Assembly: GCA_963849325.1 (NCBI GenBank)
Contig: CAWKHF010000001.1
Span: forward strand, 384,001 to 448,000
Direction of reading: 5' to 3'
Source: an uncultured Planctomycetota bacterium
GTDB lineage: Bacteria > Planctomycetota > Planctomycetia > Gemmatales > Gemmataceae
Length of the DNA stretch: 64,000 nucleotides
The translations under genes and the position numbers were made by a program. The notes under the pieces were generated by a model, which made no database searches, was not told where the DNA came from, and saw only the letters and a program-made list of their open reading frames with translations. Below, piece after piece: positions 43,687 through 54,100 of the stretch (positions are counted from its first letter, which is position 1; each line of letters begins with the position of its first letter).

Positions 43687-46170
43687 TCGCCCGCGGCGAA
43701 CAACTCGCACAGCGCCTCCAAGGTCGAGCGCGAGACGTGCATATCGTATCGGATGTTACCCTGACCGTGGACGCTCCAGCGCATGCTCTGGAGAGCTTGC
43801 CGGACCTGCGCCAGCGCGTCCGACTTCTTTCGTAACCTGGGATATTTTCTCTCCAGGGAGTCGATTCCTTGCCGCCGCCACTTTTCGAGATCCTGCAAGA
43901 GGAGGTTCACATTCGCCCCATCCACGTGCGGGTTCAGCGACAGGAGGAAGCCATCGCCTTCCTTCTGGATGTGGAGAACGAAGGTGCGCGGACACACCCG
44001 AAGCTGGAGAGTCTCGATCAGCATCTTACGCCATTCGGTGGGGATTTCGCCGAGGAAAAAACCATAGGCATCCAAGGGGATACTGCTCAGGGCGCTCTTG
44101 ATCCAGGGAGGATTGTAGCCGGCCGGAAGGGGTGTTGCCGACGAGACCTGCTCGAGTATCTTCCGATGCTGAGACGTTCTGGCGTCCCGAGCCAGAGAGG
44201 CGGCCAGGTACGCCCGCTGGTCATCGAGGATCTTCACAGCGAAAGACAGTTCGGGACCGCTGACGCGAACCGGCCCGTTGGCCGCCAACCGCGCATCCAG
44301 TTCCTCGACCCGCACGCTTTCTCCGGCATTACGGCGGATAAAGTCGATGATCCGCTTGTGGCCGTCCAGCGCCGTCCCGGAGACGTGGACGATCACACGG
44401 CGATCCTCAGAATTCGTCCCCTCGTAGTAGCCCAGGACGATACCGCGGAAATCGAGGCGTCCCAGGTTCTCCGACGTCAGCGGCTCGACCGTTCGGCCCC
44501 TCATGAACAAGCGGAGCAAGGCTTGCGTGCGAGCGTCGCCGAGAGTAAGGGCTTCCTGATCCGGGAGCTGGATGGCGCCGAAAAGAGTCGCCCCGGAGGG
44601 GAGCCAATTCAGCTCGTCCTTCGCCATCGCCCTTATGCCCCCAGGCACACGCGCTTCCGACGTTGACTGGACAGGCGGGGCGATATACCGGCTTTCGCGA
44701 ATCGCAAAAAAAGACACGAAAAGAGCAAAAAGGAACAGCAGCATCAAGGCCGCACCTCCGCAGGTAATCCGCACCCCGCGCCGAAGCTTCCCACCAGCGC
44801 GGGGCGCGGCCCGAACGGCGGCGGCACCGCGCGCCACCTGGATCACCGCCGAGCCTTCCTCGACGTGAAACGGCTTGCCGCACTCCTCGCAATGGACGAT
44901 GGTCCCCACCATTGCCTCGGGGACGTGCAAGCTGGCGCCGCAGGTCGGACAGAGGGTCACACTCGTCGGCAGTCCGGCCTCGGCGACCGGCGGCGGCACG
45001 AAGGCCGCACCCTGGAGCGCGGCGAGATGTCGGCTGAGCACGTCCACCACCTCGGCGGCCGACGAAAAGCGCTCGGCCGGCTCCTTGGCCATCAGCTTGT
45101 TCACGACGGCGGCCAGCCAATCGGGCACCTCGGGATTGGTCTCGCGGATGGGCGCGGCGCGTCCTCGGAGACGCGGCGGAGCACGGCCAAGGTGTTGACG
45201 GCCCGAAACGGCGGTCGGCCGGTACACATCGTATACAGGACGCTACCGAGGCTGAACAAATCGGCGCGATGGTCCATCGCTTCGCCGTGCGCCTGCTCCG
45301 GGGCCATGTACAAGGGCGAGCCGGCGACGAAGCCGCTCTGCGTCAGGCTGGCGTCGTCCATCGCTCGCGCCAGGCCGAAGTCGGTGATCTTGACGCGCTG
45401 CACACCCTCTTCGAGCAGAATGTTGGCCGGCTTGATGTCGCGGTGAACGATGCCGTGGCCGTGCGCCGCCGCCAGGCCGGAGGCCGTCTGCATGCCGATG
45501 CGGAGGATGTCCGCCAGTTCGAGCGGCCCGTCCTTGTCGATGCGCTGTTGCAGCGACAGGCCGGCGACGTATTGCATGACCAGGTAGGGCAAGCCGTTGG
45601 CCTCGTCCACGGCATGGATGGTGACGATGTGGTCGTGCGTCACGGCGGCGGCGGCCTTGGCCTCGCGCAGGAAGCGTTTGCGGGCGACGCCGCTGGTCGC
45701 CAACTGCGGCGCCAGCACCTTGATGGCCACGACGCGATGCAGCGTCGGATCGAACGCTTTCAGCACCACGCCCATGCCGCCGCGGCCGATCTCCTCCAGC
45801 ACTTCATAGCGTTCCAGTCGGCCGAGCTGTCCCGGCTTGTCGGACGGACTGAGGAAACCGAGAGGCAGGTCGGCGGCAGAACGACGGCTCATCGCGCGTT
45901 GCCTCGTTCCGTTTTCCTCTTTCAGTCTCTCCATGAGTTTTTGCAAGGCCGGCTCAGGGGAGGGCGGCCGTTCGCTCAGCTTGCTGGCCATCCCCGGCCA
46001 GGAATGATCGTCCCGCCGTCAGTCCTTCCACGCGATGCTGGCAGGCCGTGCAGAGTTCCAGATGGGCGGTCAGCCGTGTCTGCTCTCCGAGAAGGCAGAC
46101 GCTCGGCCAGCAGATCTTTCAGACGGCCGACAGAGGGACAGGCGGACGGGCCGTTTGCCCGGATGATGCC
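43683..46170 (-). CDS. Membrane Ser/Thr kinase with N-terminal ZAS-like zinc finger and internal zinc ribbon (frameshifted; start uncertain)
   Basis: HLELCTAC (46041-46064), GRGGMGVV, VAIK, HRDIKPAN, DFG, APE; CPTC...CEEC; transmembrane helix; C-terminal extracytoplasmic domain. Confidence 0.88.
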
Positions 46171-46784
46171 GAGCCGGATCGAGCCAGAACGCCCCCCAGA
46201 CGAACAGAACGAAGTGTCCAGAACTGAGGAGAAAATAAAATCGCGAGGAGTTCCGAAGCGAGTGTCCTGGGGCGTGCCTTCAAGGCCGCCAGTACCATGA
46301 ACGGATCAGCAGAACCGCCGGCAGAGGGAGACCAGGAGCAAGTACAGAGCCGGAAGTACGGCGAGGCGAAGGGGAGTCCACCAGCAAGTCTTTTACGCGG
46401 CCAGACGGGCGAGGACGGGCACCGCGCGCTACGGCCGCGAGGCGGGCCGGAGCAACCGCGTTATCCCCCAGACGAAGAGTAAGCTAATGCCGGCGAGAAG
46501 GAAAAAAATCCAGAACATCCACCTCAGGGCACGGATAACTCACGATCCCGTAGGGCAGTAACGCCCGAACAGAGCACGAGCAGGGGCCAACAGCAAGACA
46601 GGCACCGATTGCAGGACCTTGCGCGAGAGGCGGCGGGTGCGGACAGACAGAAGTTACCGCCCCGACGAGTCCCAGCAGCAACAGCAGTCAAAGAGACCCT
46701 AAACTGACAGCCATGACTCCCCTCCCTATCTTCATTTCCGGACTTCCGCAGCGCGATGTTCCTGCGCTCGCTAGAGCTCCGCTG

Positions 46785-47387
46785 CTAAACTGATTCGTCG
46801 AGCGTTTCGCGGATGAGTTCCTTCAAGCGGGCCATCACCCGCCCCTTGGCGAGATAGACGGCGGCCACGCTCATGCCCAGGGATTTTCGCAACCGCCGGG
46901 CCGGTCTTGCCCTCGACGGCGGTTTGCCAGAATGCCTGCCAGGTCGATTCCGAGAAGTGGCCGCGCACCTGCTCGGCGGCCCAGGCGAAGACCCGCTGCT
47001 CATACTCCTGGTCCCACCATGCCGGTTGATCTTCCTCCGGGCGGGCAATTCCTGGAGCCGGTGCTGGGCGTCGCTGTCGCCGCTGCCGCGTCCGGGGCGT
47101 TTCTGGGCGGCGAAGAAGTTGCGCAGCTTGTTCCGCACCACGGTGAACAGCCAACCGCGGAAGGAGCCGCGCCGCGGGTCGTAGTCGAGCCGGCGAATGC
47201 CGCCCGAAACAGCTTGCAGAACGTCCTGCGTCAGGTCGGCCGCATCGGCGTCCTGCAGTCCATGCTTCCGCGCAAAGCCGTAGACCAGCGGGGCATACAG
47301 CTCCACGAACTGCGACCACGCACCGTCATCGCGGGCGTCGCACAGACGGACCAGCAGGCTGAGCCGGGTGGCTGGCGCGTCGCTCAT
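46785..47387 (-). CDS. ECF sigma-70 factor, kinase-associated planctomycete type (indels in 3' half)
   Basis: TRLSLLVRL...AWSQFVELY...DAADLTQDV...GSFRGWL...AVYLAKGRV. Confidence 0.9.
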   Translation of the reverse strand: MSDAPATRLSLLVRLCDARDDGAWSQFVELYAPLVYGFARKHGLQDADAADLTQDVLQAVSGGIRRLDYDPRRGSFRGWLFTVVRNKLRNFFAAQKRPGRGSGDSDAQHRLQELPARRKINRHGGTRSMSSGSSPGPPSRCAATSRNRPGRHSGKPPSRARPARRLRKSLGMSVAAVYLAKGRVMARLKELIRETLDESV

Positions 47388-47545
47388 GCGGCAAATCCCT
47401 CCCTCTACAAGTACCGGCGATCGGCGATACCTTATCGCGCTGCGCGCGAATTTTTTTCGATTGTCGGTTCATCGGAGGGCGGTCGAGAGGATCACAAACC
47501 GCAAGGAGGCAGTGGAGAAAAAGGATTCGCCAGGGCAAAAGTTCG

Positions 47546-47854
47546 TCATGCGTCGGATTTGGGCAAGAGTATGGGAAGTGCTCCTACGATCACCAGCCGT
47601 CTTTCCTGGTAAAGGCCGTAACGCATGGTCAAGGGGCGGACAAACCCGATGCGAACTTGACCCTCCTCGCCTTCCAGATCGTACAAGGCTTCCCCAAACT
47701 GAGGGTAGATGCGTAGGCGGCGGTCGAATTCTTTGACGGCGGCGAGAAATGCTTCGCCATCGCCGCGAGTTGTTGCTCGGTCACCCAACACCCGAAGTTC
47801 TTGCAGAACTTGAGCGGAATACACTACGCCGTAAGGAGTCGCGGCATCACTCAC
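47546..47854 (-). CDS. RelE/ParE-like toxin candidate
   Basis: 102 aa; YGVVYS...RLRIYPQFGEALYDL...PLTMRYGL; overlaps the upstream partner by 8 bp. Confidence 0.5.
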   Translation of the reverse strand: MSDAATPYGVVYSAQVLQELRVLGDRATTRGDGEAFLAAVKEFDRRLRIYPQFGEALYDLEGEEGQVRIGFVRPLTMRYGLYQERRLVIVGALPILLPKSDA

Positions 47855-48281
47855 GTCCCCTTACCCTCTGCTCCAGCTCATCGATAAAGTCTTCCAGCCG
47901 CAAGCCGCCCGTTTGCTCAATTTCCCGCACACCGGCGAGAAATTCTTCCTTGTTAAAAGTCCGGCGCGCCCACTCCATTATCTCCGGTGGAACCGGCTCG
48001 GACTCCGGAGCGTAGTGGCGGTGCGCCCATTCCCGCAACTCCACCACCTCCGGCGAATAAAGCTGCGGGTGGGATGCTCGCTGCGCCTCGACCTCGGACT
48101 CGCGCGTGCGAGCCACGACGTAGGTGAAGATGGCCCGCTGCTCCGGCGATTCGCCCTGGCCATTGAGCGTAGCCGTCAGTCGAAGCACCTGCGCGTCCAG
48201 ATCGCGGGCAGATAGGTTCAGCTGCTTGCGTGCCTCGGCCGGCGTCAAACGCATCAACACGTCGAGAAACTCGGCGTTCAT
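47847..48281 (-). CDS. Hypothetical protein, possible antitoxin partner
   Basis: AGGAGG RBS; acidic C-terminus LEDFIDELE; coupled to the downstream ORF. Confidence 0.5.
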   Translation of the reverse strand: MNAEFLDVLMRLTPAEARKQLNLSARDLDAQVLRLTATLNGQGESPEQRAIFTYVVARTRESEVEAQRASHPQLYSPEVVELREWAHRHYAPESEPVPPEIMEWARRTFNKEEFLAGVREIEQTGGLRLEDFIDELEQRVRGRE

Positions 48282-48529
48282 GATGGAATACCCTCCTTCT
48301 CGCGGCGAAGAGGACTTGCCCTGGCAAGCAACTATTATAACCCCCCGACGGGGCCGATGCGAAGCGGAAGGCGAGAATTGAACGATCACGTACTCGCCAG
48401 AATGTGCATAATGTCGCGCTAGATTTTTCATATCGCTTCTGTTGTCTTGTACTTACGTCATGCGAAGAATGGTAATGGACACGGAATTCTCCACGGAATG
48501 GTCTTTTACCTCTGTACGGGAGAACACGC

Positions 48530-48968
48530 ATGGCCAGACGCGCAAACGTGCGATATTGGGAGAGCCGAAAGGCATACTGCTGCTGCTTCCGGGGCAAGCA
48601 GCATACCCTCGCCGAGGGACCGGACGATTTCCCCAATGGCCCGACCTACCAAGCGGCCCTTCGCAAGTTCTCGGAGATCACCGCCCTCGCCGACGCCGAC
48701 GTCGCCAAAGATCAGAAACTCTTGTCGCGTCGTTTGCGAGATGTATCCGCGTTGGATTTCTAGCCGCCGTCATCAACTCCCCGTCAAAATCCGCCAGAAA
48801 ATCTATGTCGCCTTCACCGACGCCCTCGGCGAGGTGATGGTGAAAGATTTGACGCAGCACATGGTCTATGGATGGTTCGACCAGATGCGCCAATGGCGTA
48901 GGCATCCAGGCACCGGCCATCAAACCCGGTGGACGGATGGCAGCGTGCGTAATGCCTGCACCAGCTGA
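48530..48968 (+). pseudogene. Phage-type tyrosine integrase, N-terminal fragment
   Basis: MARRANVRYWESRKAY arm-type start and core-binding-like helices; stops before any catalytic domain. Confidence 0.55.
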
Positions 48969-48969
48969 G

Positions 48970-49454
48970 AGGCACGAACCGAATGTGGCGGCACGTTTGT
49001 AACGTGCCGTACAATCCAACACGTTGAAAACGTGTTGCCACATTTTGGTAGGGCCTGTTGGCAAGCCGAAGTGCTTCGGTGAAGTAACGGTTGAAGTCAC
49101 GTTCTAGACGCTTCAGGTAGCCGGTAATCGTCGGTTGGCTCCTTTTCATCCTCAAGGCAATGGTCTTTTGCCGAAATTCAACGGAGTTTTCTTGCTCGCA
49201 GAGATCGCCGATGAGGGCGAGAGCGATCAGGGCGTCGTGAAGTTGGGGAGAGATTTTCCGGATAATTCGGACGAAGCCGGGCGTTTGTTCTACTACCAGG
49301 GGCTTGTCGGCCACAGTCTCCGATGGCGGTTGCGACTCAGTCGGAGCAATTTCCCCGAGGGTCCAGGCGGCATCGCGGCGGACAGATTCGGCGTGGTCGG
49401 CCAAAGCAACGGTGAGCGCCGGCAAGGCCTCGCGGGCGGCCGGCCCGATCCTGC
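48970..49454 (-). pseudogene. Fragment of HEAT-repeat plus HTH-like protein
   Basis: RIGPAAREALPAL...VRRDAAWTLGEI (HEAT), QKTIALRMKRSQPTITGYLKRL (HTH-like); no start of its own. Confidence 0.5.
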
Positions 49455-49688
49455 GTTGACCCAGCGCATCGCTTCCGCAGTGGTCAGGAAGTCCCCGCGC
49501 GCCACCGCCGCCTCGCCGAGGGCGCCCCAGTAGGCGTCCTCGATCGCCTGCAAATGCTCGTACTCGTCGCGGGAGAGGAACACCCCCACGGGCTTGCTGC
49601 CGCCCAGCACCTCGATGGGCTCGTCGCGCACCCGATCGACGAACTCGCCGAAGTGAGTCTTGAAATCCGTTGAGTTGACTTGACGCAT
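49455..49688 (-). pseudogene. Phd/YefM antitoxin, 3' end fused to unrelated sequence
   Basis: MRQVNSTDFKTHFGEFVD...EPIEV...KPVGVFLSRDEYEHL. Confidence 0.75.
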
Positions 49689-49781
49689 AAATACCTGTGA
49701 GACGGTTGATTGATGTGATTGACGTGAGAAGCGTACATCAAGCGAGCCGTCGTCTCCCGCCACAATGTATCCCGCTCCTGG

Positions 49782-50026
49782 GTGGAGGAACGCATCTTGC
49801 GGGTGTTCTCCGAGCTTGTGCCGTTCGACCGCGAGCAGGCTTATCTCTGCGGTGCCCTGGAAACGGTCACACGCCCCAAGGGTCTGTCGCTGGGCGACCG
49901 TGCCTGCCTCGCCGCCGGCATCTTGCACGGCTGGCCCGTCCTCACCTGCGAATCCAGATGGAAGGAGATCGATTGGAAAGCCCACGGCTACAACCTGAAG
50001 ATTCACCTGATCCGGGAGAAGAAATC
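49782..50026 (+). pseudogene. VapC/PIN toxin, C-terminal fragment
   Basis: VPFDREQA...GLSLGDRACLA...PVLTCE; N-terminal PIN aspartate motif absent. Confidence 0.75.
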
Positions 50027-50520
50027 GTGCGCGTCCCTTCCCTCATTCCGCAACCCAAGGCCGGAGCCTTGCCCGCCCTCATTGCGTCAGCCGGACCCGC
50101 CGCCGGCTTCGCCTGGGGCGAGTTCTTCGGCGCCAGCCTCCGCAACCGCCACACCCGCGCCGCTACCTCCACGCCGTGCGGCAATTCCTGCACTGGTTCG
50201 CGCCGCAGGGCGTCGCCCTGCACGACATCACCCCGGCCCTCGTTGGCGCCTATTTCGACAAGCACACCGGCAGCCCCCCGACCCGCAAGCTGCGCCTGGC
50301 GGCGCTGCGCCGCCTGTTCGACCTCTTCGTCACCCGTCACCTGATGGTGCTCAACCCGGCCGCGTCAGTTCGCGGCGAGCGCTACCAGGTCATCGAGGGC
50401 AAGACCCCGGAAATCACTCTCGACCAGGCGCGCACCCTGCTCCTTTCCATCAATAAGCTGACGACGGTTGGCCTGCGCGACCGGGCAATCGTGGCCGTAT
50501 TGCTGTTCACGGCGGCTCGG
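50027..50520 (+). pseudogene. Tyrosine recombinase (resolvase-type), truncated at the first catalytic Arg
   Basis: EFF...RNRHTRAA, LAALRRLFD, NPAASVRG, GKTPEI, GLRDRAIVAVLLFTAAR then an abrupt junction with IS630 DNA. Confidence 0.8.
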
Positions 50521-51180
50521 GGTGAGCCGCGAGCGGCCGCGTGTACAGATCACAGACCTCTTGGACCTGGGCGGCGAAAGCCGCATCGCGGGGCACCTTG
50601 GGGGACAGCCACAAGTGGTGGCGCCACGGCTGGAGCCGGTGGTTGTTCAAGATCCGGCCGACGGTGTCGGCCGAGATGCTCTCGACCAAACCGTCGTTGA
50701 CCAGTTGGCGGGCCAGTTCCTGGCAATCCCACTGGGCCAGCGAGCGGCCGTAGCGATCGGGCCGTTCGCAGGCGACCTTAACCAGATGCAGCGCGACCTC
50801 GGGGGGAAAAGACCGGCCGGCGTCCGCGCCCCGGTTGGTCGTCTCAGCCCCGCGGTCCCCTGTCCGAGGAAGCGGCGCACCCACTTGCGGGCGTTGTTGG
50901 GCGCCAGGCCGGCGATCTGGGCGGCCTCCGTCACGGAGCGGCCCTCGCTCAAGGGCAGGATCAGTCGCCCCCGGCGAACGAGACCTGCGGGGAGGGTGGT
51001 GGAGCGCTGCCAGCGCAGCCGTTCCGCTCGTTGGGGATCGGTTAATTCTACGGAGAACATTTTCTTGCGGCCGCGCATGGGAACACCGGGGAAAGAAAGC
51101 CTGGAATGCTCGTAACCCCGATTGTCCTTCTTGCCCAGCTGATGTCAATTAGCGCTGCTTTCAATGCCTAGCTGTACTTA
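50521..51180 (-). mobile_element. IS630-family element, 5' half only (HTH region, DDE domain missing)
   Basis: ORF from 51078 (RRGRLIL...KWVRRF), TTTTCCCCCC frame switch, ACERP...SADTVGRIL...LQPWR; end reads TA|AGTACAGCTAGG on the minus strand. Confidence 0.8.
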
Positions 51181-51191
51181 GGAGTTTGCGT

Positions 51192-54100
51192 GCTTCAATG
51201 CGGCCACGGCCCGAAGACCGTGGAGAACTTCCACCCTGGGGAGAAATGAGAGGGGCAGTCCGAGCTTCAATGCGGCCACGGCCCGAAGACCGTGGAGAAC
51301 GAGCACTGGTTCCATCCGTCCTTGGGGAGGTCTAGCGCTTCAATGCGGCCACGGCCCGAAGACCGTGGAGAACCAAGGGCCTAGCCTTCCACGATCCGCA
51401 AGAGGTCTGGCTTCAATGCGGCCACGGCCCGAAGACCGTGGAGAACGATTATGGCTGCGGACGGGAGAGGCGTCGGCCCGTTAAGCTTCAATGCGGCCAC
51501 GGCCCGAAGACCGTGGAGAACATGTGGCAGAGCGGCTTGGTCTCGCACTCCATAAGTGGCTTCAATGCGGCCACGGCCCGAAGACCGTGGAGAACGCTGA
51601 GCGTCCATCACGATTGTCGGCGCTGTACACCGGTGGCTTCAATGCGGCCACGGCCCGAAGACCGTGGAGAACAGCGGAGTGAGAGCGGCTGCCATCGTGG
51701 CCGGCGATCGCTTCAATGCGGCCACGGCCCGAAGACCGTGGAGAACCGTCTTTGAGCTGCTCTCCTCGCGGACATGACGTGCTTCAATGCGGCCACGGCC
51801 CGAAGACCGTGGAGAACGCCACATGACGACTTTTTGCTGCGTAGTCTTCAGTGCTTCAATGCGGCCACGGCCCGAAGACCGTGGAGAACGACCTACAACG
51901 CGACGACGATGGAATTCGGTCAGTGCAGCTTCAATGCGGCCACGGCCCGAAGACCGTGGAGAACAAGACCGCCGAGGACGGACTCGGCTGGAGCAAGAGG
52001 GCTTCAATGCGGCCACGGCCCGAAGACCGTGGAGAACGAAAGGAAGTCCCACGGCGCATGACGCAACCCACGAAGCTTCAATGCGGCCACGGCCCGAAGA
52101 CCGTGGAGAACCGGCTATCCGAGGAGGACCTACCTCTGGAGCCGATGGCTTCAATGCGGCCACGGCCCGAAGACCGTGGAGAACCTCACGACGAGAGAGG
52201 AGCTTGCCCCAGGACATCGCCATGCTTCAATGCGGCCACGGCCCGAAGACCGTGGAGAACTTGATAGCTGGCACCCCATGCGTTCTTTCACGAGACTGGT
52301 GCTTCAATGCGGCCACGGCCCGAAGACCGTGGAGAACAACTCGCACACCTAGAATGATTCAGCCGAGGACGTGTGCTTCAATGCGGCCACGGCCCGAAGA
52401 CCGTGGAGAACCGGACCGAGTGACGGCACTCCTGATAACCTCGTCGGCGAGCTTCAATGCGGCCACGGCCCGAAGACCGTGGAGAACGGGGCTCACAAGC
52501 CACAAATCAGGCAGGCCATGTCCGCTTCAATGCGGCCACGGCCCGAAGACCGTGGAGAACCAACTGACTGGGCGTCGGGCGACTTCAAGACGCTGAGGGT
52601 GCTTCAATGCGGCCACGGCCCGAAGACCGTGGAGAACCCTAGCACTCGTCGCATCCACCTGGCACTGAGCTTCAATGCGGCCACGGCCCGAAGACCGTGG
52701 AGAACTATCTCGGCCGGCGTCGGCATTTCGCGACTGCCATGCTTCAATGCGGCCACGGCCCGAAGACCGTGGAGAACAAATCCTCGGAGGCAACATATAC
52801 ACTCGAACTGGATAGCTTCAATGCGGCCACGGCCCGAAGACCGTGGAGAACCCGGCCGTGGCGGCTAACCGTCGTCCGGCCAAGCTTCAATGCGGCCACG
52901 GCCCGAAGACCGTGGAGAACGGGAAGTGCGCCGAGTGAGGTTGTGCCCTCGACAAGGCTTCAATGCGGCCACGGCCCGAAGACCGTGGAGAACAGGCCAT
53001 CCTACGCTTCTTCCACCTTGGCCAAGGCAGCTTCAATGCGGCCACGGCCCGAAGACCGTGGAGAACCACGCTGACCGGCCTGTTCCGGCGGCGGGGATGA
53101 CAGCTTCGATGCGGCCACGGCCCGAAGACCGTGGAGAACGGCAAGAACTGTGATCCTCAAATAGCTTTGGCAAGAGCTTCAATGCGGCCACGGCCCGAAG
53201 ACCGTGGAGAACCCAGTATTGGATAACCTGAAGAGAGTTTGATTTCCCGCTTCAATGCGGCCACGGCCCGAAGACCGTGGAGAACCTTTAGCTGGCGGAG
53301 ACTCACTGTCCTGCCTCCGAAGCTTCAATGCGGCCACGGCCCGAAGACCGTGGAGAACGAGATTTCAGCTATCTCTTTTGCGTGCGCAGCTCCTGGCTTC
53401 AATGCGGCCACGGCCCGAAGACCGTGGAGAACTCTCCTCGGGCTGGAGCAGCCCTTGCCCACGCAGGCGCTTCAATGCGGCCACGGCCCGAAGACCGTGG
53501 AGAACCTATCACAAGGAAGCCGTCGTCACGCTCGGCAAGGAGCTTCAATGCGGCCACGGCCCGAAGACCGTGGAGAACTCCTCGCTCGCCGCCGTCGGCA
53601 ACACGGCCGACACGCTTCAATGCGGCCACGGCCCGAAGACCGTGGAGAACAGGTCAGTCGGAGAACCGCAAACGGCGCAGGGAACTTGGCTTCAATGCGG
53701 CCACGGCCCGAAGACCGTGGAGAACGCCGTCTCGGGCAGCGGATTTCCGCGAGAGCGTGGTGCTTCAATGCGGCCACGGCCCGAAGACCGTGGAGAACCT
53801 TCGCCGAAAAGGGCACAACCGCCTGGGCCGATTGGGCTTCAATGCGGCCACGGCCCGAAGACCGTGGAGAACGCCTGTGCTGAGGCCAGGCTGGAGAAAC
53901 CAATGAGAGCTTCAATGCGGCCACGGCCCGAAGACCGTGGAGAACGAGAAATGCGCCGAGTGCGGTTGTCCCCTCGACAAGGCTTCAATGCGGCCACGGC
54001 CCGAAGACCGTGGAGAACTGAAGATGGGCGTGGTCCTAAGTCGGCAAGGAAACATTGCTTCAATGCGGCCACGGCCCGAAGACCGTGGAGAACTCGTAGG

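Noticed and set aside
51156-51167. GCTTTCAATGC as a degenerate terminal CRISPR repeat
   Set aside because: Similarity stops after about 10 bp, the spacing to the next repeat is wrong, and it lies inside the presumed IS630 end
47546-51180. cas genes or a novel CRISPR effector beside the array
   Set aside because: The ORFs here resolve to TA, integrase or IS630 fragments or short hypotheticals; no Cas1/2/3/5/6/7, RuvC or HEPN motifs recognised
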